Of a stretch of 64,000 nt of DNA, positions 35,489 to 46,397 are shown piece by piece. The position numbers were made by a program, and so were the translations under genes. The stretch comes from Scleropages formosus. Lineage: Eukaryota. Position 1 is the first letter of the stretch. Every line of letters begins with the position of its first letter. The notes beneath the pieces are model-generated. The model was given only the letters and a program-made list of their open reading frames with translations, searched no databases and was not told the DNA's origin. The DNA lies in assembly GCF_900964775.1 (NCBI RefSeq), contig NC_041806.1, positions 16,582,297 through 16,646,296 on the forward strand, in the 5' to 3' direction.

Positions 35489-38400
35489 AATCACCTAAAA
35501 GTAATTGTACTGAATTATGAAAAACAATATTGGTAACAAACCATTTTTTCTTGTTGGTCTTTTAATGTCATATGTTCAGACATTTGTTCGTGATCAATAA
35601 GTGCCTGTCCAGTGCTGGGTCATGGAAACACAGAGTTTGAACAGGGTGCTCTCTGGATATCACTTCATGACATAAATAAATAAACTTCACAAGATCACTG
35701 CCTGCCTCTTTTGACACAGGCAGTCTGTTGTTACAAGTGTTACTAAAAATGTTTGAGTCTCACTTCTGTTGTAGTGCCATTGAGCAAAGTACTTAAAGAC
35801 CTGAATTGCTCCAGTAAAAATTACCCTGCTGTATAAAAGGGTTAATCATTATGAAATTATACACAAATATATATAATTATACTGTTATAATTGTAATGAG
35901 CCTACCATGTCAGTTGGATCAATAACAATATTGAGTCATCTGTTTCATTTGCGATACTAGATTTACCTTAATCAATGATCGTGATTGGCTGCAACTGTCA
36001 GTATGATAGTAAGCTGGAACTATATAGTTTGTATTAGTATGGAAGAAGTGTCAGTATGTTAACAAAAAAAAAAACTGAACAAAATTGACAAATTGACATC
36101 GCTGAAGGACAGAAATTATCTTATAAAATAAGTTACTTTTGTGTTTGAGACACCATGTATGTATCTGTTCCAGAATATGTAATTCAAGCTGTTGTATAGA
36201 ATTAAATAACTTGTGGAAGTACACCCATCCCTCTAGTAACTGGGTTAATTTGTTCCTTGAAATCACCCATTATTTTGTATGGGGAAAAAAGAATTGGTTT
36301 TTTGATTTGTCATCTAAAATTTGAATACCAAAAAAAATTTTTCTGTATGTGCATATTTATTTTCTAATGAATTTCACTTTATTTTCATTTCTCCCATTAA
36401 AAAATACAGAAAATGGGAAAGCCTTAAGCTTTTTTGAAATGAGGTGTGCATTGTATGGTATTTTTTTTTTTATGTGTGTTTTTGCAAATTGGATGGTCCT
36501 TTACTGGAGTTCCTGCTCACCAAATATTACTTGTGAACAAGATTCTTGGGCCAGTAAAAATTCTCCAGCTGTATAATTGGTGAATGATTGCAGGTATCTC
36601 AATGTACAGATCTAACATTGTAAGTCATCTTGTGCAAAGGCATCAGCTAAATAATGGAGACAGTCATGTGACACTTATGTTACTTGTGGTGGTTTTCACT
36701 TGTGTAGCTGTCAGACTAAACATATACAGTATATGCAGCAGTGTAGATTATCATGACTAAAATTGTGTTGTGTTGCAGAGCATCAAGGGGACAATCTGTC
36801 AGGAGAAATGAACTGGTTACGTGGCTCAAAGGGTGACAAACTGACCAAGAGCTTGGATCACAAAGATGTAAGCCTTTGCTAATAAACATGCTTCAGTGCA
36901 TGGCCTGAGTTTATGGTTAATACAGTTAATGAAAAAAGATGTAAAGCTGAAAATGAAAAACTTAGTTTTGCCTTCTTAGTTTTTCCTAGTCAACTTAACA
37001 ATATCAGTTTAATGTATAACCTAGAATCAAAAATTGATTTTTGTATTGCAACCCACAATCTGTGTACTGTTCGCTTTAGCAATTTATTCTTTTCCAATGG
37101 TCTGACCTGTTGGCATTTAAATTTATTGGTCAGCCCTTTTACAAAAACTGTCACATCGTTCTGTTTCTTTTTTATGTTATTGTTATGCCTTGTTATAGCA
37201 ACTGAAATTTGAAACATGCTTTCAGTTTTGTTTTATGCAAAGAGAAATGAGGAAAAGAGAAAAGGCAATACCCAAAATAGCGGAGTCTCTCTAGTAAGAA
37301 GAAAAGGAAAAAAAAGATTTCCTGTGTGTGTCCTGCTGTCTGACTAATGGAGTATTGTCTGTAATCGACTTTCCTTATGAAGCTCCTTGTCTATAGCTTC
37401 TGTCTTTCTTTAGCAGAATTATACAGCCAGCTCTGACTCCTCAGCAGGTGAAAATACTTCTAGTAGGACCACTGACCCAAAACAGGTGCGTGTTTTGCCA
37501 CCTGTGCATGTTTTCCTGTGTCTACGTATGTGTGTGAGTGTATAACACTGTGGAAACCTTCCAGCAAAAATGTCCAGCAGATAACCTGGTGAAACATGGA
37601 GATGTCTCCGTGGGGGATGAAAGGAATACAGACCAGGAGAGGAAGGAAATATCCAAAGACTTCGGACCAGAACAGGTGTTTATCTCTAAAAAACCTTCAT
37701 CCTTTCCCAGTCTGTCTGCAGTGTTACTCAGAATTACTCTGAACAGGAGACCAGTGTGGACTCAGATCTGCTATATAGAGTATCTATGGTAATAATCTGT
37801 CAAAATAATTTGTGACTTGAATATTCTTTAACCTTTTTTCATTATTTTTGTCCCTCAAAACTACAGAAAAAAGGAAAAAAAGCCAGAAATCCATTCTTGC
37901 CACGCAGAGAACATCTGGTAATGTCCAAGTGTTTTAGCCATGAATGTGAAGTGTAATACTGTATGGACTTAGTAACATTCATAACCATTCCACACTTTCA
38001 GAGTAAACCAGGGCAGCAGGAGACAGAAAATCGACCAACATGCTCACATAGTGAGCAGGCAGTCATGTCAGAGGTACAAAGCTAGTCCTGATTTTCTTGA
38101 GACAATAGCTCTGACAGTTTTTCTGATATGTTTTCCATTAAAAAAAAAATTATGTGTCTCTTTTCTCAGAGAAATGATGAAACAGAGGTGTCACAGGTAA
38201 AAGATGAGATAAAGGAACACGAACATCAGGAGCCAGAAGAGGTAGAGATTAATCTCAAGTATACAAGTATTTGTGTACAGATTCATATCTACGGACACCC
38301 TTCGACATACACAAATAGACCATTCTTCAACACCTTATGTAAGTCAATAGTTGCGTATGTCAGGTTCCCCTTCCTCCCCCACCATTCAACATAGGCTAGC

Positions 38401-39068
38401 CTACCCTAGCCTTGAAATTTGTTATTGTTGTTTTCATGCTAGCTCTTCTTTTCACTTGTTTCTTTAAACGTGCAGCATCCTTCACTATCGTACTCAGTTG
38501 ATACAGCTAAACCTAGTTTCCATACTATAGCCGATAATCTTTGACCACCTTCAAACTTCTTTATTATTTTCAATTTAATCTCTAAATTGATTGCTGTATG
38601 CTTGCAAGACGGTCTTATCTGTAAATAATGCGTATGATGGGATTTTATTTTTTTTAATTTTTTTTTACGGAAGTCAGATTTACATAAGTAGAGGGGTGTC
38701 TGTGCATTTGTGTCTGTCTAGAGTCCTGGTTAGCCTCTGCATAAAGATTTTAAGGTAACTAAAAATAACTTGTGTTTGTTGATTTAATTAAAAAAGGAAA
38801 CTAAATATTGCACTTCGTATGTACCCTGGCATGTATTTGAATGTGCATGTTTAAATGGTCAATTCATTGTTGGAAGGTTTTTCCTAATGATCAGAGTGGC
38901 AGGCATCAGACCTGAATTCGTAACAGTAATGTTCAGAAGTGCTTTTTTTTCCTGTGCTTTTTGGATGTACTTGTTTTAATGCTAAAGACATAACTAGTAA
39001 ATCCAAGTGGTTATAGAGGTGTTGAAAAGGATTTATGGATCCTTGATGGATTTTGCTCTGTGTTGCAG

Positions 39069-39108
39069 GACATTGATGGACTATTAGAGTGGTGGAACAC
39101 TGTAGAAC
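39069..39108 (+). CDS. ApoL-like gene, antepenultimate coding exon (40 nt)
   Basis: ttgcag|GACATTGATGGACTATTAGAGTGGTGGAACACTGTAGAAC|gtaagt encodes DIDGLLEWWNTVE. Its phase fits the next exon. Confidence 0.6.
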
Positions 39109-39200
39109 GTAAGTGAACGTGTCCACATTCTCTAATAAGTGTCTATAAGGTCACTGCTTGTATGTGGATATTGCACTGACTGTCTTTGCTGCTTGTTTAG

Positions 39201-39252
39201 ATTGGGAGGACGTGCCTGTACATGCAGACTTGTCTGAGAAAGAAGAGGCTAA
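39201..39252 (+). CDS. ApoL-like gene, penultimate coding exon (52 nt)
   Basis: tgtttag|ATTGGGAGG...GAGGCTAA|gtaagg. The joined reading gives ..VEHWEDVPVHADLSEKEEAK-SFVVTAEK.. in frame with the last exon. Confidence 0.6.
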
Positions 39253-39371
39253 GTAAGGAACACTTTGATGCTTCACTTTTCATCTTAGTGTATTTTGTTT
39301 TTGTTTGTCTTAGTTTCTTATGGATTTTTATATCTCCATATGAGGGTGTGTGTGATTTACACCCCATTACC

Positions 39372-39716
39372 TTTCTTAGGTGTATCGCTGGGTGGCACAG
39401 CGGCACAGCAAGTAGTGCTGCTGTCTCACAATGCGTGAGTGGTGTGAGAGGACAGGGGTTCGATCCCCACTCAGTCTGTGTAGAGTTTGCATGGGTTTCC
39501 TCCGGGTGCTCTGGTTTTCTACCCCACAGTCCTAAGACATGCTGTTCAAGTTCACCCCTAGTGTGACAACTGGTAGTGTAGTGGAGTGACCCATTGTAAG
39601 TAGTGTATCTAGCAGTGTAAGTCACCTTGGTGAATAAGGTGTGTGGGTTGATAATACTACGTAGAGTTCATTGGAAGTTGCTTTGGAGAAAAGCATCTGC
39701 TAAATAAATGAATGTA
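39372..39716 (+). mobile_element. tRNA-derived SINE family 3 (about 340 bp), in the ApoL intron
   Basis: ggcacagcggcacagcaagtagtgctgctgtctcac...gggtttcctccgggtgctctggttttctaccccacagtcctaagacatgc...gctttggagaaaagcatctgctaaataaatg. Confidence 0.75.
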
Positions 39717-39764
39717 ATCTACCAGCACACTCTCGTTATCATCTACCTCCTCTTCTTCCACTAG

Positions 39765-40578
39765 GTCATTTGTAGTGACTGCAGAGAAAGTGCGAAAGGG
39801 GATTCGTGTCTTCAACAAGCTGTTCAATGAGGAAGCAGAGGGCCTTTGGCAGCATATCATGGACCTCTATGCCATTGCCGATGGCATTGACCGCGTTAAC
39901 AAAAAAGCCAAGATTGCCTCCATCACAGGAGGCTCCACCAGTGCTGTGGGAGGGGTTGCCACCATCGCAGGCCTGGCTCTTGCTCCTGTCACTATGGGAA
40001 CTTCTCTGATTGTTACTGCCGTGGGTCTGGGTGTGACAACAGCTGGGGGCCTCACATCTGCATCAGCTGGAATCTCCAACACCATCAGCAACTCCCTGGA
40101 TCGCAAGAAGGTGGAGCAGATAGTGGAGGACTACCAGGCCAAGATATCCAACATCAGCAAGTGTCTGAAGTTCATAAAGCAGGGAATTGAGAACTTGGGC
40201 AAGTACAATGTGGTGAAGATGAAGAAACGTGGCTACAATCAGGACTTCCCTGAGCTGAACAGCATTTATGACGACAGTGCCATGGCTGGAAAGGCCATTG
40301 TCTGTAACGCAGCAGAGATCATGCGCGTTGTTCATATTTCCAGCGTAGCAGGCAGCACTGCAGCACGGGCGGTCCAGATAGCCAGCATGGCCTCAGGAGT
40401 GGTCACTGGGCTCTTTGTTGGCATGGACATTTATTTTGTGGCCAAAGACTCACATGAGCTGAGGAAAGGAGCCAAGTCTGAGTTTGCTGCTAAAATCCGA
40501 GAAGTAGCTGACCAGTTGCACAGCGGACTTGTGGAACTGAACAGTATTCGACAAGAGTTGCAGGAAGCCAGGATTTAG
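39765..40578 (+). CDS. ApoL-like gene, last coding exon (apolipoprotein L domain), stop at 40576-40578
   Basis: 271 aa. KLFNEEAEGLWQHIMDLYAIADGIDRVNKKAKIASITGGSTSAVGGVATIAGLALAPVTMGTSLIVTAVGLGVTTAGGLTSASAG... and the C-terminal amphipathic YFVAKDSHELRKGAKSEFAAKIREVADQLHSGLVELNSIRQELQEARI. This is collinear with human APOL1 ([67 protein letters not shown] ... HEGAKSETAEELKKVAQELE). The ORF-track start at 39775 is a GTG, so the exon is entered by splicing. Confidence 0.8.
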
Positions 40579-41477
40579 TGTCCAGTTGTTTCTGCTGCAT
40601 CACTACACAGGTGGAATCGGTAAAGGGGAATCTTTTTTTTAAAACCACTGATGTATGTCACATTGGAACAAAATAGTACAGTAATTGTTACTCTTAAGTT
40701 AAACTCTGATTTGACTACATTCCTAAGGAGAATTTAAACAGGACCATTTAGTGGGGACATTGATCTGATCCATGTCTTTGATGAAAAGTGTTGACTGATT
40801 TGTCAAAATGAGATTTATTGGTGGCTTGGAAAAGTATGTTAGTGTACTTTCAGATGCAAAGTATGTACAGTACAATGAAGAGGCAGAAATGTGCAGTGGA
40901 CTTAAGAATCTTAGCCCTTTTTCTGAACTTTCAGAACCCTATATCTAGTTGAATTACACAAAGTGTTAATTTTACATGACACTTCAGCAAAACAAGTTCT
41001 TCACTGTGTTCAGACTATCACAAGGACTGCAACAGCAATCACTGACATCAACACATGGACATCATATGACAACAAAGCAAGCCCTTCTTTGGGTAAAACT
41101 TGATGTTTTTTTGTTGCTGTATGAATTACTGTGGGGTTTTTTTTTTCTCTCCAATGTTTCCTCCTATGCTTTAGGCTGCTGAAGTTCCAGCTTTAAAATC
41201 TAATCATAAATATGTTTATAAGCTAGGAATGGTTTCTGAATCCTCTTTAGCTGTTAAAGAAAGGGTGACTTTCTTGAAAAGGTTTTCATTCTTTTTTTCT
41301 GTTTTTATAAATAGTGCTGATTTAACCAGTTTGCAGCAAATATAAGCTGACTACTTTTACATTCCTTGTGACACCTCTTGCAGTTTTTTTTTTCAAATTT
41401 TGAATAGTACATTTATCTGCCTAATAAAGTAGGCATTAGGAAAGCTAAGCTGGGGTCAGGACAAGAGGTGGTGCACA

Positions 41478-41682
41478 TACAGACACACACACATTTTCAG
41501 AACCGCTTGTCCCATATGGGGTCGCGGGGAACCGGAGCCTACCCGGTAACACAGGGCGTAAGGGACACACCAAGGACGGGACGCCAGTCCGTCGCAAGGC
41601 ACCCCAAGCGGGACTCGAACCCCAGACCCACTGGAGAGCAGGACTGTGGTCCAACCCACTGTGCCACCGCACCCCCTCCACA
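41478..41682 (-). mobile_element. tRNA-derived SINE family 1
   Basis: TSD CACATACAGACAC flanks it. Confidence 0.8.
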
Positions 41683-43394
41683 TACAGACACTTGTTCTAC
41701 AAATGGTTTTGCATCAAAAATGTATAGAACTTGTCATGAGAATAAGGCACACCAAGTTGAAATTGAATTACTTCATTGACCCCCCCCCCCAAGGAAATTG
41801 CACAATGATACCTTATCAGCATGGAGAACACTGTGGGTCCTGCAGCAGGATTGTGACCCATGTCCCCATTTCCCGCAATAGCACTGGTCCCAATCCCTGC
41901 TCATCTCTTATGTTTAGCTACGGCTGCTGATCAGTGCCCACAATCGCTGCTACTAATCAGAGGTAAAAGCTTCACAGCATTCCTGACTGTTGGAGGAAAA
42001 TGTATATTGTAACGACCCGCGTTACTGTGTTTGAACGGGAGATGTGTTTTTTGTAATCAGTCTACCAGGGGGGAGAAAGAAGAGAAAGCCTGGTGGCGCT
42101 AAGCAGGCTGGAAAGGCTGGTTTGAGGCGCAGGTCCTGGAGGAAACGGGGTCCTCGGACTGATAGCGCTATTTCCCTGTGTGCCAGTGTTCTAATAAAAC
42201 GTTCATCATGAATGCTGCCTGTGCATCCTTCTTCGCCCCATCCGAACCCAGAGTGCCATGTGCCACAATATCACGTGGGTTGTGTGGATGGTCTGGCAGC
42301 TCTACCAGGTAATATGGCCATTTTACAGCACAGTGGTTGTAAGTTCAAACTTACTCCTAATTTCGTGTGGAGTTTACATTTCTATTAGTTTATATATCCA
42401 TTTTCTTCTACAAAATTAGCTTTAGATCACAGCAATCCCAATAAAATGAGATTAAACTGACAATGGAGGGGTCCAGCAATTTATGTCTAATAGTTTTCTG
42501 TGTGCCATTGACATTGGATATGGTTTTTATCTTCAAGAAAGGCTGCAGATTTGCTGGTTGGTTAGGACTAGAGCCTTCTGCTTGGAAGGTTACAGTTTCA
42601 ATCACTCCAGTTGTAGTGGCCTTGATACATGTGTTCTCTGTTGTATAAATGTGTAAACCAGTGCTGCACATTGCACTTTATTATTGCATATTCAATACCT
42701 TGCACATTTTTTGTTCTCTAAATCTTAAATTTTAGTTTTTTACATTTTAGCTTTAATTCAATTCCCTGTACATTTTCTTGTTTTTAAATTTAACTTTAAT
42801 TATATTCTCTTGTCTTTTTTAAATATATTGTCTTGTTTGCACAGTCTACAGAGTTGACTAACATTTCACTACAGGTTGTATGTGTGTATAACTGTGTATG
42901 TGACAAATAAAATCTTGAAATCTTGAAAGCCATTGTGAGTAACAGTACAAATAACATTGTGAACTGGCTTTGAAAAGGGTCAGTTCTATAATATAGATTT
43001 TAAAGTAAAATAAGTTGTGAACTACTTGAATTTGTGCAATCTTTTTGATATTTACATGTATTAATTTAGAAAGTAACTTACAATGTTAATTTACCTACGG
43101 TTATTTACCCATTTATACAGCTGGGTAAGTTTTACCTTGCTTAAGGATACTTGTCAGACATGAGGTTCGAACCTGTGACGTTTTGGCAGCAGCTTTACCC
43201 ATTACATGATTACCAGCTGTCCCCTCATGACATTTGTGCAGCAAATGTGTCGACAAACTACTAGGTTTTCGAGTGTCAGGGTTGAAATAGTGTTCTTTTT
43301 ACCACTTTCTGGACTTTAAGCTATGTGAATTTCTGAGCTGAGTTTGCAGGTAAAATTTTTTTACAGTTCAAATATGAAAACGGATTATGTTCAG

Positions 43395-43530
43395 CGAGTT
43401 TGTGTGGTGGTTAGCACTTCTTCCAACCCTAGCCTAGAGGTTCGAATCCCACCTCCAGCTGCAGTACCGTTGAACAAGGTATTTACCCTGAATTACTCCA
43501 GTAAAAAAGGACCAAGCTGTATACAACACG
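43395..43530 (+). mobile_element. tRNA-derived SINE family 2 (head and body)
   Basis: tgtggtggttagcacttc...ggttcgaatcccacc...ctccagtaaaaaagg. Confidence 0.55.
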
Positions 43531-44330
43531 GTGCGTGTGTTAACGTGCGCCTCTTTGAAACACCTCAGGGTTGTTGTGTCAGAAACTTTCCCCACACATG
43601 GCATGCGCGCGGAGTGTGGAAAGTGTGTGGGAAAGAACTACGCCAAAAGAGTGGAAGAACCGCAAGAGCGTCACAGCTCTTCGGTTCCGACATGTTTCGC
43701 CCCTCGAGCACTTTGCAGTTACATGTTTGTGAAGACGAACAGAGCACAACAGCAGCGCCGCGCTGCCCGCCTTCTTGGGTGTGTCGTCTCGCGCCCCTAA
43801 CAAAAGGCGTACCCAAGTGACTCGGGAAACCCCTCCCACGGGCCACGAGCAAGGACATTTGGGTGGAAAAGGGGTACGAAGTGAAAAAGTTTCTACTCCA
43901 GAAGGGGGAGACGTACCGACAAAGGTAAATGCTGACAAGTGTGGCGGTACAACAGGGAGACTCTTCCTGAAATGATCAAGTCGTCCGTTAAACCGTTAGG
44001 GTGAGTCGTTTGTGGGGGTTGGAGAAGTCGGGGAAAAACAAAAGTGTGTGCGAACGAACAGCCCGAAGTATTGATGAAATTATTCCTCCGTTTGCTTTTC
44101 AGTGACCCCGGGGCTGTTCTGAGACTGTTTGTGTCCCGCATCTCGCGTGGCCCGTGCGATTTGAGCTGCTGTGTGACGCGTTTCCGAACTTCGAGGTCTC
44201 CGAAATAACTGGCGTATATCTCGTCACCGCCACACCTGCGCGAGCCCTTCGCTATGGACGTTGCGCGTGACCGCACGGGTGTCTCAAGAGTCCTGCAAAG
44301 TTGATCCAAAACGTTCCGTTAGATCCCTTA
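43530..44330. promoter_or_regulatory. CpG-dense, GC-rich island about 0.8 kb, non-coding
   Basis: Many CG dinucleotides (gcgcgcgg, cgcgtgaccgcacggg, cgcgcccc) in a genome that is otherwise CpG-poor. No convincing ORF. Could be a promoter/CpG island or the 5' UTR of an unrecognised repeat. Confidence 0.3.
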
Positions 44331-44589
44331 CTAGCGCTCTTTCAAATTGCACATGTTAGTTTTTGTCACTGTCTTATTAAATGAAAGGTTCTGGCCCTTA
44401 ACGAAACACATTGGTACAAGGACTTGTGAAAAGAAACTAACTTAAAAATCACTCGTCTACAACTAACTATGTCTCAGTCTGTCTTTCTCCTAAAGTAATG
44501 CACAAATTGTATCCTCTGAGATGTGTGTTGCCTTTGGAGAAAAGTGTCTGCTAAATGATAACTGTAAATGTAATGGCGCTAAATACGTA

Positions 44590-45260
44590 TTACTGACAGC
44601 ACAGCTTCCGTTACACATTCCTTCAGAGCACTTTAGTGTTTCACCTGTGAAATGGTCTGTTGGTTATTAAGCACTTGCAGGTAAATAATTGGCATTCTGC
44701 AGCTGGAATCACAGGTGTGGGGTTCAAACCAACAATGTTCTGCATCTGAGCCTGTGTCCTTAACCACCACACTCTACTAGTGGCCTACAGCAGCATTTCT
44801 GCTCATGGCACAGAGTACATTGAACCAGCATCACTATTACTGTTATGTTCCTCAGCTTTCGGAGTTTTCACCTCAGGTGACTTTTGGTGCTGGATGGGCA
44901 GTAACCATTTGTACAGTAGGGTACTGGAGCAGTTTACTGCAGGCACCTCCATGAAGGTTAGTAAAGCAGGAGCAGGGTTTGATCCCAGGAACTTGGGATT
45001 TGAAGGCAACAGACCTAAGCACTACATTACCTGCTGGCCCACTTTATACATATACAAGGAGTGTTACATTTACCTGATGCTTTTCTTTAAAGCAACTTAC
45101 AATGTTAAGGTTACAATTATCACAAGCTTACAACTATTTACCCATTTATACAGCTGGGTAATTTTACTGGAGTAATTTAGGGTAAGTATCTTGCTCAAGG
45201 GTACTACAGCTGGAGATCAAACCTGTAACCTTTAGATCTAAAGGCAGCAGCTCTAACCAC
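44590..45260 (-). repeat. Cluster of tRNA-derived SINE fragments (families 2 and 3, mostly reverse orientation)
   Basis: Repeated A-box/B-box-like segments (ggtggttaagg...ggtttgaacccc) and cccagctgtataaatgggtaaa tails in inverted orientation. Confidence 0.5.
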
Positions 45261-45409
45261 TACACTACTAGCAGTCCACAGCATTTAATCATATTATACT
45301 TTAATTGTGTTGGAAGTCATAAGGGGCCTGTTTTTAATGAGTAGGTCAGTATGAGGACAAGCAAGTATAGAAATAATACATAATGAAATGCTTTTAGTCT
45401 TTTAAGAAA

Positions 45410-45770
45410 TGGCATGGCGGCACAGCAAGTAGCGTTGTCATGTCACAGCACCTGGGTGGTGTGAAAGGATGTTGGTTTGCTCCCTGCACCATCTGTGTGA
45501 AATTTGCATGCTTTTTCTGTGTGTGAGGGTTTCTTCCAGGTACTTCAGTTCCCCCCCACAGTCCCAAGACATGCTGTTGAAGTTAACCTATAGTGTGTGA
45601 ATGATAGTGTGTTCCACTAGTGTATGGATGAGTGACCTTTGTAAGTAGTGTACAGCACTAGCAGTGTTAGTCACCTTGGTGAATAAGGTATGGGCTGATA
45701 ACACTACATAGAGTTTGTTGGAAGTCACTTTGGAAAAAAGCATCTGCTAGATGAATAAATGTAAGAAAAT
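45410..45770 (+). mobile_element. tRNA-derived SINE family 3
   Basis: Same architecture as 39372-39716 and 62962-63292. Confidence 0.75.
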
Positions 45771-46397
45771 AGATTTGAAATGTTACATGTCTGAGCTGCT
45801 GTTCAGTCATTCCACACAAATGTTTAAATTTGATGGAACCAACCAGCTTGCTTACTTATGTAGGTCATGACTAAATACATTGCTCTGTTGTCCATGATGA
45901 TGCAAACTTCTTAAGTTTTTATTAAAAAGAGAAACATGTGGTGTGACCCACACACACACCAACACCTCTAGCCCTAATTGAGATTGCCATGCCTCCATGT
46001 AGGTATATGGAATTACAGTAAAGAAATAAATGAAAATGTACTCCTGGCTGCCATGGCTTTTCCATTTAAATCCAGTTTGACATTGAGAATCTTGACTAAG
46101 TCTGCTATTGAGTTCAACTCTCCTGTGTTCTGGTTCACCTCTGTGACAAAGTGTCCCATTTATTGAAAACTGATATAGTCAGCATTCTGTCTCAGAGAGG
46201 TGTGGTTCTATTTATTCTTGTTAGCTTTTGTTATCTACATTTTTGAAATCCTTTCACTTTATTATCTCTGTTGTGTAATCATGTAAAAGCTCACCCAAAG
46301 TCACTTCTTTAGTCCCGCACTGAATGATTCTTGTTGGTAGGTGTATGTATTCTGCCTATAAACATGGCCACTGTATGTTACAGAAGGATATAGCTGT

